Source: an uncultured Planctomycetota bacterium (GTDB lineage Bacteria; Planctomycetota; PLA2; JAEUHO01). Taken from it: a DNA stretch of 64,000 nucleotides. The notes under the pieces are model-generated. The model was given only the letters and a program-made list of their open reading frames with translations. It was not told the DNA's origin and did no database searches. Position numbers and translations under genes: made by a program. The stretch's first letter is position 1; each line of letters starts with the position of its first letter. This document shows, piece by piece, positions 29,503 through 37,771 of this stretch. Location of the stretch: the NCBI GenBank assembly GCA_963752285.1, contig CAVVXN010000003.1:352001-416000 (forward strand), read 5' to 3'.

Positions 29503-29613
29503 GGCCCCCTTCTATCCCGGCGTCCCCGCGAGGGGAGACCCTCTGTCGCCCCGGCGGGACGCGACGCCCGGACCCGGTCCCAAGCGCCCCGGAATCTCGG
29601 GGCTGGCGCACGA

Positions 29614-29629
29614 GGGCCCCACTCTTGCA
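29614..29629 (+). promoter_or_regulatory. Putative sigma54 (-24/-12) promoter of the PASTA gene
   Basis: GGGCCCCACTCTTGCA = GG-N10-GC with a TTGCA -12 box, ~35 nt upstream of ATG 29664. Confidence 0.5.
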
Positions 29630-29663
29630 GGATGCTCGCCCCGAACCCGGCCGGAGACCCGTC

Positions 29664-31370
29664 ATGCGCCGCCTGCTCCTCCCGATCCCCTTCCTGTTCC
29701 TCACCGCCGTCCTCCTCGCCCCCCCGGCGCTCGCGGACGCGGTCCGTGTGCCGAACGTGACCGGTCGCGAGATGGCCGACGCCGCCGAGCGCCTGTCCAG
29801 CGCGGACCTGGGCGTCGAGATCACATGGGTGGACGACGCCGGCGTCGCTGGCCGGGTCCTGGACCAGGACCCCACCGGAGGCACCGTCGTCGAGCGGGGA
29901 AGCGTGGTCCGGATCGCGGTCTCGCGTCCCGCCGCCGCGGCGATGGCGGTCGTCCCCAACGTGGTCGGGCTCGCGGAGGCCGACGCGCGCGCGCGCCTCG
30001 GGGCGGGCTTCGACGTCGAGGCCACGGACGTGGCCGCCGCGCCCGGCCAGGACGGGCACGTCGTCCAGCAGGATCCCGCGGCGGGCGCGCGCGTCGCGCC
30101 CGACAGCATCGTGCGGCTCCAGATCGGTCGCGCCGTGGCGGCGGGCGAGCGTGTCGTCATGCCCTCCGTGGTCGGCCTCGACCAGGCGAGCGTCGAGCAG
30201 ACGCTCCTCGATCTCGGACTGATCCCGGTCGCGTCGTACGCACAGACGCGGCGCGACCCGGCGTTTCACGTGATCGCGCAGCGCCCCCGCCCCGGCGAGT
30301 CCGTCCGGCCGTTCACCCAGGTCCTCCTGACGATCGAGCTGCCGTCCCTCGCGCCCTCCCTCGTGCGCGTCCCGAGCCTCTACGGCCTCTCGGGCGATCA
30401 GGGCGCCGCCGCGCTCCGCGCGCTCGGGCTCACCGGCCAGGTCGAGGAGGTCCCCTCGCGGCTCCCGCCCGGGACCGTGTTCGCCCAGGGGCCCCTCGCG
30501 GGCGCGATGGTCCCCCACGGCGCGCTCGTGCGCGCCCGCGTGGCGCGCGACCCGCAGCCCGGCGAGGCCATCCCCCGGGTCGCGTTGGCGAACCTCACGT
30601 CTCTGCCGCTCCCGACGGCCTTCGCGCGGATCCGGGCGCTCGGCCTGACGGCGCAGGTCCGGTCCCGCCTGGCGCCCGACCAGCCCGTGGACGTCGTGCT
30701 GAACCAGCTCCCCCAGGCGGGCCACCTGACGGTTCTCGGCCAGACCGTGGCGCTCCTGGTCCCCGAGACGGCTCAGGTGCCCGCGCTCGAGGGCCAGACG
30801 ATCGCCGACGCCGAGCGTCTCCTCCAGACGGCGGGGCTTCGTCTCGCCGTCGGCGGGGTGGGGCGTGCCCTGTCCTCCGCCCGCGTCCGCTCGCAGGCCG
30901 TGCCCGCGGGCACCACCGTCGCCGCCCAGAGCTCGATCCGGGTGAGCGTGCTCGAGGCCGTGCCCGGCGGTCTGGCCCGCGTGCCCGTCCTGACCGGCCT
31001 CACGGTCCGCGACGCGCGGGACGCCCTCGAGCGGTCCGGTCTCAGCGGGAGCTTCGAGGGACCGCGCGCCGTCGGGTCCGTACCCACGCGTGTCGTGTCG
31101 CAGTCGCCGGCCGCCGGCACGACGCTGCGCCGCGGTTCGTACGTCCGGGTGATCTACGAGGTCGTCTCGATCGTTCCGTCCCTGGTCGTCGTGCCCGACC
31201 TCTCCGGGCTCGACGGGCTGCAGGCGTTCCGGCGCGTCACCTTGGCGGGGCTCGTCGCCCGCCCGAGCTACGTCTCGGGCGGCGGCCCCCGCGGCGTGAC
31301 GGGCCAGTACCCGGTTCCCGGGTCGCGCGTCGCGAGGGGCACGGAGGTGCGCTACACCGTCCGGCACTGA
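29664..31370 (+). CDS. Secreted protein made of ~8 tandem PASTA domains
   Basis: Signal peptide. Repeats start VPNVTG, VPNVVG, MPSVVG, VPSLYG, LANLTS, VPALEG, VPVLTG and VPDLSG, each with a V..Q.P..G-like motif. No kinase or PBP domain. Confidence 0.85.
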   Translation: MRRLLLPIPFLFLTAVLLAPPALADAVRVPNVTGREMADAAERLSSADLGVEITWVDDAGVAGRVLDQDPTGGTVVERGSVVRIAVSRPAAAAMAVVPNVVGLAEADARARLGAGFDVEATDVAAAPGQDGHVVQQDPAAGARVAPDSIVRLQIGRAVAAGERVVMPSVVGLDQASVEQTLLDLGLIPVASYAQTRRDPAFHVIAQRPRPGESVRPFTQVLLTIELPSLAPSLVRVPSLYGLSGDQGAAALRALGLTGQVEEVPSRLPPGTVFAQGPLAGAMVPHGALVRARVARDPQPGEAIPRVALANLTSLPLPTAFARIRALGLTAQVRSRLAPDQPVDVVLNQLPQAGHLTVLGQTVALLVPETAQVPALEGQTIADAERLLQTAGLRLAVGGVGRALSSARVRSQAVPAGTTVAAQSSIRVSVLEAVPGGLARVPVLTGLTVRDARDALERSGLSGSFEGPRAVGSVPTRVVSQSPAAGTTLRRGSYVRVIYEVVSIVPSLVVVPDLSGLDGLQAFRRVTLAGLVARPSYVSGGGPRGVTGQYPVPGSRVARGTEVRYTVRH

Positions 31371-31386
31371 GCCGCGACCGGCCGCC

Positions 31387-31416
31387 CCGCCGAGCCTGGA
31401 TCGCGGGGCTCGGCGG
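31387..31416 (+). terminator. Possible terminator hairpin after the PASTA gene
   Basis: CCGCCGAGCC-N10-GGCTCGGCGG with only a weak U-tract. Confidence 0.4.
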
Positions 31417-31553
31417 CTTCGGCGCGGGGGCCCCAGGCGCCCTTCAAGTCCCGTGAACCGCGACCGTCCGGGCCGTGGCGGGTGGTCCCCCCTGCCGGTA
31501 GGGTACGCCGGCCCTGGCAGGAGGATGTTCTGCCGGGCCATGGGAGATTCCAG

Positions 31554-31994
31554 ATGGCCGATAGCACCCCGAACAAGGACGACTACGCGACCGTGATCGG
31601 GCCCGACGCCGAGTTCAAGGGCGAGCTCACGTTCCAGGGAGGCGTCCGGGTGGACGGGAAGTTCGAGGGCTCGATCAGCACGAGCGGCAAGGTGCTGGTG
31701 AGCAAGGGTGGCGAGCTCAAGGCGGAGGTCAAGTCGAACAGTCTCGTCCTCGAGGGGCGTCTGATCGGCAACTTGTCGGCCCAGGACCGCGTCGAGCTCC
31801 GCGCGACGGGCCAGATGCACGGTGACCTCAAGGCGGCGAAGCTGCTCGTCGTGGAGGGCGCGACGTTCGTCGGGCGCTGCGAGGTCGGCCCCGGCGTGAA
31901 GAGCGACGCCGCCACGAGCGGAAAGAACGGCAACGCCGAGGCCGCGCCGCAGATGCGGCCGCTCACGACGCCCGCCGCCGCCGCTCGGAAGTAG
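31554..31994 (+). CDS. Bactofilin (polymer-forming cytoskeletal protein)
   Basis: TVIGPDAEFKGELTF, VRVDGKFEGSI and GDLKAAKLLVVEGATFVGRC. Confidence 0.9.
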   Translation: MADSTPNKDDYATVIGPDAEFKGELTFQGGVRVDGKFEGSISTSGKVLVSKGGELKAEVKSNSLVLEGRLIGNLSAQDRVELRATGQMHGDLKAAKLLVVEGATFVGRCEVGPGVKSDAATSGKNGNAEAAPQMRPLTTPAAAARK

Positions 31995-32030
31995 GCTTGG
32001 GGGGGAGCGGAGCGCCGCTCCCCACCCGAC

Positions 32031-32450
32031 ATGCTGCGCGCGAAGTCACGGACCCCCCGAAGGACCCTCTGCACGCACTGCGACGCGCCACTCGACGTCG
32101 ATGCCGAGGCCAAGTCGGTCAGCTGCCCGCACTGCCACCAGCGGGTGATCACCGAGGCGTTGACGGTCAAGGAGTACGTCGCCGTGCGGCGGTTCCACAC
32201 CGCGAACCGCATGCGGATCACGAAGAAGGGGCTCGTGTACGCGACGGTCCGCGCGGACGAGCTCGAGATCGAGGGCACGCTCGAGGGCGGCGCGTTCGCG
32301 ATGGGCAAGATCCACCTCAAGAAGACCGCGAAGGTGAAGGGCGATCTCCGCGCGCGGTCGCTCCAGATCGACGTCGGCGCGACGCTGGTCGGCGAGGTCC
32401 GGATCGGCCCCGCCGAGGTCCCCGAGCTCGAGAACCTCGCCGATCCGTAG
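32031..32450 (+). CDS. Bactofilin with N-terminal zinc ribbon
   Basis: CTHC..SVSCPHC followed by bactofilin repeats (IEGTLEG, TAKVKGDLRARSLQIDVGATLVG). Confidence 0.82.
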   Translation: MLRAKSRTPRRTLCTHCDAPLDVDAEAKSVSCPHCHQRVITEALTVKEYVAVRRFHTANRMRITKKGLVYATVRADELEIEGTLEGGAFAMGKIHLKKTAKVKGDLRARSLQIDVGATLVGEVRIGPAEVPELENLADP

Positions 32451-32486
32451 CCGCCGGGGTCCGCCGATCGACGGAGTCGGGTCCGT

Positions 32487-33989
32487 TCAGACGGGGCGGG
32501 CGCCGGCGCTCGTGCGGTGGGGGAGCATCCGTGCCACGTCGCGCGCGATCTTGATGGCGCTCACGAACACGACGAAGAACTCGAGGCGACCGAGCAGCAT
32601 CGCGACCGTCTCGGTCCAGAGGACCGAGCCGGGCGCACCGACCGCGGTCACGCCGACCGACAGGCCCACGGTGCCGAGCGCGGACGCCGCCTCGAAGAGC
32701 GCGGGTGCGAGCGCGTAGCCGCTCGCCGTGATCACGCAAGCGGCGACGAGCCAGGTGGCCACGTAGAGGAACGCGAAGCTGCCGAGGCGCCACAGCTCCC
32801 CCTCCCGGAGCACGATCCTCGACTCTCCCTCCCATACCTTTGGGCGGTCCACCGCGGTCCGGGGCAGGAGCGCGCGGCGCACCTCCCAGGCGACGGCCTT
32901 TCCCAGGCGGTACACCCGCATCTGCTTCAAGCCCCCCGCCGTGGAACAGGTCCCGCCGCCGGCGAGCATCAGCACGATCAGGAGGAGCACGCCGAGGCCG
33001 TTCCACGCGCCGTACGACACCGTCGAGAACCCCGTGGTCGTCAGCGCGCTCGTGGCCTCGAACACGGCGACGCGGAACGCCTTCGGCAGCTCCGGGTACA
33101 GCCACCGGGTCGTGCCGAGGAAGAGGACCGCGATCGAGAGCGGCAGCAGCCACGCGGTGAGGCGTATCTCCCCGTTTCGCGCAACCGTGCCGAGGCGCCC
33201 CCGGATGAGCGCCCATGCGGTGAGGAAGCTCAGGTTTCCGAGGATCATGAGCGGGATCGTCACCGCCTCCACGGCGACCGAGTCCCAGTGGCCGATGCTC
33301 GCTCCCCAGGTCGAGAAGCCGCCCGTCGAGACAGCGGCGAACGCGTGGTTCACGGCGTCGAAGGGGGAGAGGCCCACGAGCAGGTAGGCGGCGACGCCGA
33401 GGACCGCGTAGCCGGCGTAGATCAGGAGAACGAGTCGCGCCGACCTTCGGACGTGCGGCACGAGCTGATCGCCCCGGCCCTCGGCCGCCGAGAACCCGGA
33501 TCCCTGCGGACCGAGCACCGCCGAGAGCATCAGGATCGCCAGGCCCGCGCCACCGGCGAGCTGAAGCACGCTCCGCCAGAGGAGGATCGTGCGGGGTGCG
33601 GTTTCGACGTCCACCACCGAGAGGCCGGTCGTCGTCCAGCCGCTGACCGACTCGAACACGGCCCGGGTCGCGTCCAGGTGGAGCACCGCCGCGAACGGCC
33701 ACGCGGCGAAGCATGCGGCCAGGACCCACGTGAGGAGGACGATCACGCCTCCCTCCTGCACCGTGAGCGCCGGAGGCGTGTCGGGACGCAGGAGGCGCCA
33801 GGCGGCGAGCCCGGCCACGATCTCCACGCCGGCAGGACCCAGGAACGCTCCCGCCAGGCCGGACTCCTCGGGACGGGCCAGGATCTCCAGGAGCGGTGTG
33901 AGCTCGAGCGCTCCCGCCAGCGCGAGGGTCACGCCCGTGTAGGACAGGAGCGCGCGGTACCGCGTCCGCAGCCACGTCGGCTCGCGCAC
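32487..33989 (-). CDS. trkH: TrkH family potassium uptake membrane protein
   Basis: Four pore motifs (FESVSGWTTTG, AAVSTGGFS, SALTTTGFS, SALGTVGLS), plus CSTAGGLK and MLLGRLEF. Confidence 0.93.
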   Translation of the reverse strand: MREPTWLRTRYRALLSYTGVTLALAGALELTPLLEILARPEESGLAGAFLGPAGVEIVAGLAAWRLLRPDTPPALTVQEGGVIVLLTWVLAACFAAWPFAAVLHLDATRAVFESVSGWTTTGLSVVDVETAPRTILLWRSVLQLAGGAGLAILMLSAVLGPQGSGFSAAEGRGDQLVPHVRRSARLVLLIYAGYAVLGVAAYLLVGLSPFDAVNHAFAAVSTGGFSTWGASIGHWDSVAVEAVTIPLMILGNLSFLTAWALIRGRLGTVARNGEIRLTAWLLPLSIAVLFLGTTRWLYPELPKAFRVAVFEATSALTTTGFSTVSYGAWNGLGVLLLIVLMLAGGGTCSTAGGLKQMRVYRLGKAVAWEVRRALLPRTAVDRPKVWEGESRIVLREGELWRLGSFAFLYVATWLVAACVITASGYALAPALFEAASALGTVGLSVGVTAVGAPGSVLWTETVAMLLGRLEFFVVFVSAIKIARDVARMLPHRTSAGARPV

Positions 33990-33991
33990 GA

Positions 33992-34651
33992 TCAGGCCTC
34001 GCCCGTGAAGACCTTGAGCACGGGCCCGTGGTTCTCCGGGAGCGTGACGAGGAGCACACGGTCCCTCGCCTCGAGACGGGTCGCGCCCCGCGGGACGATC
34101 GGTTCGCTGCCGCGGATCACGACCGCCACGAGCGCGCCTTCGGGGAGCGGCAGCTCGCTCAGCGTGTGCCCGGTCGCGGGGGAGTCCGCGGGAAGGACCA
34201 CCTCCGTCACGTTCACGCGCCCCTCGCCGAGCGAGAGCAGGTTCGTGATCGAGGCGAGCGAGACCCGCTGCTCGATGAGGTGCGATATCACCTCGACCGT
34301 CGAGAAGGCGGTGATGCCGAGCTGCTCGAACACGTTCCTGTTGTCCGGGTCGTTGGCGAGCGCGAGCGTCCGCGGCACCTCGTAGAGGAGCGAGGCGAGC
34401 TGCGCCGTGACCAGGTTGTCGTGGTCGCGGTCGGTCAGGGCGAGGACCACGTCCGCCCCGGCCGCTCCCGCCTCCCGCAGGATCCGGGGGTCGCTCCCGT
34501 CGCCGTGCACGACCACCGCGCCCAGGCGACGGGCGAGGTCCTCGCAGGTCGCCGCGTCCGGGTGGACGATCGTGACCCGGTCTCCGCGCGCGACGAGGCT
34601 TCGCGCGAGGAAGTAGCGTGCGGCGCCGCCGTCCACCAGGAGGATCCTCAC
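33992..34651 (-). CDS. trkA: TrkA family K+ uptake regulatory subunit (RCK-N + RCK-C)
   Basis: GDGSDPRILREAG, LTDRDHDNL and C-terminal TrkA-C (VVIRG..IVPRGAT). Confidence 0.88.
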   Translation of the reverse strand: MRILLVDGGAARYFLARSLVARGDRVTIVHPDAATCEDLARRLGAVVVHGDGSDPRILREAGAAGADVVLALTDRDHDNLVTAQLASLLYEVPRTLALANDPDNRNVFEQLGITAFSTVEVISHLIEQRVSLASITNLLSLGEGRVNVTEVVLPADSPATGHTLSELPLPEGALVAVVIRGSEPIVPRGATRLEARDRVLLVTLPENHGPVLKVFTGEA

Positions 34652-35094
34652 GGGCGGGCTCCTCCCGCCCGTGCCCGCCGGGCCGACGTCCTCTCGACGG
34701 TGTCGAGGAACAGCTCGGCCGCGACCGTGGTCGGGCAGATCGTCTCGATGCCGAGGCGCGCGTAGACGGCTTCCCGACTCGGGTCGTACACCCGCGCGAC
34801 CACGTGCGGGACGCCGAACACCCGTCGGGCGACCTGGGCCACCATGAGGTTCGCGTTGTCCGCGTGCGTCGTGGCGATCACCACGTCCGCCTTCTCCAGG
34901 CCCGCCTGCCGCAGGACCGCGAGGTGGGAGGCGTCACCTTCCACCCGAAAGCCCCCGAACGACGCCGGGAGCGCCGCGAGCCGCTGCGGGTCGCGGTCGA
35001 TCACGACGACCGCATCGCCCCGCCGGCTGAGCGCGTCCGCGAGACGCGACCCCAGGCGTCCGGCCCCGACGACCACGACGAAGAGCTCAGTCAC
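34648..35094 (-). CDS. trkA: TrkA family protein (RCK-N only)
   Basis: VVGAGRLG, VIDRD, GDAS, TTHADNANL and VARVYDP. Confidence 0.86.
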   Translation of the reverse strand: MTELFVVVVGAGRLGSRLADALSRRGDAVVVIDRDPQRLAALPASFGGFRVEGDASHLAVLRQAGLEKADVVIATTHADNANLMVAQVARRVFGVPHVVARVYDPSREAVYARLGIETICPTTVAAELFLDTVERTSARRARAGGARP

Positions 35095-35797
35095 GGCGTC
35101 GCTCCGACGGTGGCGTTCCGGGCTCCTGGGGCTCCTCCAACTGGATCCCACCGCCCGGGGCGAACGAGGTGATGCGGTCGAGGTTGCTCCACGCGGGCCC
35201 GTACCGGGGGTCGATCGACAGCGCGGCGCGGTAGAACCGACGGGCGGCCGGCGCGTCCCCGCGGATCTCGAGGACGGCGCCGAGGAGGTTGTAGGCCTCA
35301 GGTCGCGCGGGGTCCTCTCCCACGACCCGGCGGAGCACGGCCTCGGCGTCGGCGAAGCGGCGGTCCGTCACGTGACGCTTGGCGAGATGGATCAGGCTCT
35401 CGACGTCGGGATGCTCCGCCTCTTCCAGCGACTCGCGGTCCAGGATGGCCTGCACGAGCCCCCGGACGTCGTCGGGCCGGAAGGGCTTCTCGAGGAAGTC
35501 CACGGCCCCGAGCTTCATGGCCTCGACGGCGGACGCGACGGTGCCGTGCGCGGTCAGGATCGCGACGCGTACGCCCGGCCACCGGAGCCGAAGCCGGCGG
35601 AGGACCTCCAGGCCGTCGATCCCCGGCATCCTGAGGTCGAGGAGGACGACCGCGACGTCCTCCCGCTCGATCACGCACAGCGCCTCCTCGCCGTTCACCG
35701 CGGTCTTGACCGCAAGGCCCAGGCCCTGCAGCGCCTCCGAGAGCGTGAGGCGTATGTTGTGCTCGTCATCCACGATCAGAAGCGTGCGAGGCGCCAT
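35087..35797 (-). CDS. Response regulator with C-terminal TPR output
   Basis: LIVDDE, LLDLRMPGIDG, TAHG and KPF, then PEAYNLLGAVLE..YRAALSIDP. Confidence 0.88.
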   Translation of the reverse strand: MAPRTLLIVDDEHNIRLTLSEALQGLGLAVKTAVNGEEALCVIEREDVAVVLLDLRMPGIDGLEVLRRLRLRWPGVRVAILTAHGTVASAVEAMKLGAVDFLEKPFRPDDVRGLVQAILDRESLEEAEHPDVESLIHLAKRHVTDRRFADAEAVLRRVVGEDPARPEAYNLLGAVLEIRGDAPAARRFYRAALSIDPRYGPAWSNLDRITSFAPGGGIQLEEPQEPGTPPSERRRD

Positions 35798-37634
35798 GCC
35801 GATCCTCCTCGTCCGCCACGGGCAGCGTGAACGTGAACAGGCTGCCGTGTCCTTCCTTCGACTCGACCCAGATCGTCCCGCCGTGGGCGCGGACGATCTC
35901 CCGCGCGATGGTCAGGCCGAGTCCCGTCCCTCCCGACTCGCGCCCCCGGACCTGCACGAAGCGCTGGAAGATCCGCGACTGGTACTCGGGAGGGATCCCC
36001 GGGCCGTCGTCCCGGACCCCCACGTGCACGAACGCGCCGATCCGCCGGATCCCGATCTCGATGTGGCCCTTCTCCGGCACGTAGCGCAGCGCGTTCGACA
36101 CCAGGTTCGTGAGGACCCAGGTCGCCTTCGCGGCGTCGGCGCGGACGCGGGGAAGCCCGGCCTCTATGCGGCACGAGACCTCCACGCCCCTCTGCTCGGC
36201 CTGCGTGCGGAAGAGTGAGCGGACCCGGTCCACGAGATCGGTGACGTCCACGGGCTCGAACTCGAGGGCGATGCGTCCCGACTCGATCCGGGAGAGATCG
36301 AGCAGGTCCGAGACCAGGGCGACGAGCCTCTGCACCTCCTCGTGCGCGGCGGCCAGGAGACCCTGGTCGCGCGGTGCGAGCGACGCGGCCACGTGCTCGC
36401 GCAGCAGGTCGATGCTCATCCCGATGCTCGCGAGCGGCGTGCGGAGCTCGTGGGAGGCGGCCATCACGAACTCGCTCTTCAGCCGCTCGAGCTCCTTCAG
36501 GCGCGTCACGTCCTTCAGCAGGAGGACGATGCCGCGTCGATCCCCCGCGTGACCCCGAATCGGGGTGGCGGAGACGAGCAGGTGGCGCCGATCGCCGCCC
36601 CGCGCGACCGGCACGACGCGCTCGCGCTCGTCGGCAGGCGTGGTGCGCGGCGCCAGCGCACCTTTCACCAGGTCCACCAGCGGCGCCCCCGGGAGGAGGT
36701 CGGCGCACGTCCGGGGCAAGGGCTCGCCCGGCGGCAGCCCGAGGAGGTGACGGGCGGCCCGGTTCGCGTCGAGGACGCCGAGGTCCGGCGCCAGGACCAC
36801 CAGGCCGTCTTCGATGCTCTGGAGGACGGCCTCGCCCTTCTCCTGCTCCGCCAGCACCTTCTCGATGTTCAGCGCGTGGTACCTCTCGAGCTGCTCCGCC
36901 ATCCGGTTGAACTCGTGAGCCAGCGCCGTGACCTCGTCGCGGCCGGCCGTCGAGACGCGCACGGCGTAGTCGCCGGCGCCCACGCGACGCGAGGCCTGGG
37001 TCAAGGCCGCGAGCGGGCGGGTCACGCGCCCCGAGATCGCCCAGCCGAGGACCGCCGCGACGGCGAGGGCGGCGAGCGCGACCCCCAGCGTGGACCAGAT
37101 CGCGGTGCGCGCGACAAGGTCGGCGCGTTCGCTCGCGTCGTACATCGCGCTCTGGTTGAGGTGCCGGAGCTCGATGCACCTCTCGCGCACGGCGAGGAAC
37201 GCCGGCTGGATCTCCGCCGCGTACCGTGCGAGCGGCTCCGCAGTCGCCGGGGCCGCCGGCCCGACCGCGTCCGCCGAGAGGTCTCGGTAGGACCCGTACC
37301 GTCGCTCGATCGCCCCGAGGAGGTCCCCCTCGCCCGGCAGCGTCACGTTGTCCTTGGCACGTCCCAGCCAGAGCAGGAACACGCCCTCGTTCTCGTGGAA
37401 CGTGGCGCGCCCCTCGTCCGGGCGCCCCCCGAGGGAGAGCAGCACCGCGCTGTCCTGTCGCTCCAGCGAGGAGAGCATCCACTCGGCTGCGAGGATGCTC
37501 CGGTAGTTCTCGCGGAGGATGGCCCCGCTCGCCCGTCCGAGCGACACGAGGTGGAGGACGGCCCACGCGACCACGCCCACCAGGAGGAGCGCGGGGACGG
37601 CGTAGCCGGAGAGGATCTGTTGGCGCAGACGCAC
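35766..37634 (-). CDS. Membrane sensor histidine kinase (KinB-like: periplasmic 4-helix sensor, HAMP, PAS)
   Basis: ILRENYRSILAA..LERQDSA, HAMP (FNRMAEQL), H-box ASHELRTPL, NLVSNA, DDGPGI and GTGLGL. Confidence 0.9.
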   Translation of the reverse strand: MRLRQQILSGYAVPALLLVGVVAWAVLHLVSLGRASGAILRENYRSILAAEWMLSSLERQDSAVLLSLGGRPDEGRATFHENEGVFLLWLGRAKDNVTLPGEGDLLGAIERRYGSYRDLSADAVGPAAPATAEPLARYAAEIQPAFLAVRERCIELRHLNQSAMYDASERADLVARTAIWSTLGVALAALAVAAVLGWAISGRVTRPLAALTQASRRVGAGDYAVRVSTAGRDEVTALAHEFNRMAEQLERYHALNIEKVLAEQEKGEAVLQSIEDGLVVLAPDLGVLDANRAARHLLGLPPGEPLPRTCADLLPGAPLVDLVKGALAPRTTPADERERVVPVARGGDRRHLLVSATPIRGHAGDRRGIVLLLKDVTRLKELERLKSEFVMAASHELRTPLASIGMSIDLLREHVAASLAPRDQGLLAAAHEEVQRLVALVSDLLDLSRIESGRIALEFEPVDVTDLVDRVRSLFRTQAEQRGVEVSCRIEAGLPRVRADAAKATWVLTNLVSNALRYVPEKGHIEIGIRRIGAFVHVGVRDDGPGIPPEYQSRIFQRFVQVRGRESGGTGLGLTIAREIVRAHGGTIWVESKEGHGSLFTFTLPVADEEDRHGASHASDRG

Positions 37635-37645
37635 GGCGCCCCCGG

Positions 37646-37661
37646 AGCAAGTCCCGCGCCG
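37646..37661 (-). promoter_or_regulatory. Sigma54 (-24/-12) promoter of the kinase-RR-trkAAH operon
   Basis: Minus strand CGGCGCGGGACTTGCT (GG-N10-GC, TTGCT), directly downstream of a sigma54 activator gene. Confidence 0.7.
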
Positions 37662-37704
37662 CGCTGCGCGCGCCCGTGGCGTCGCGACCCGCTGGCGGCC
37701 CGCG

Positions 37705-37750
37705 TTGCGGAGCGCAAGACGTGCGGTGGGGGCGCCCTTGCGGATCGCAC
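37705..37750. promoter_or_regulatory. Paired palindromic enhancer (UAS) sites
   Basis: TTGCGGAGCGCAA (37705-37717) and TTGCGGATCGCAC (37738-37750), 33 bp apart and upstream of the sigma54 promoter. Confidence 0.62.
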
Positions 37751-37771
37751 GACCCGCGGGCCGGCCGCCGG

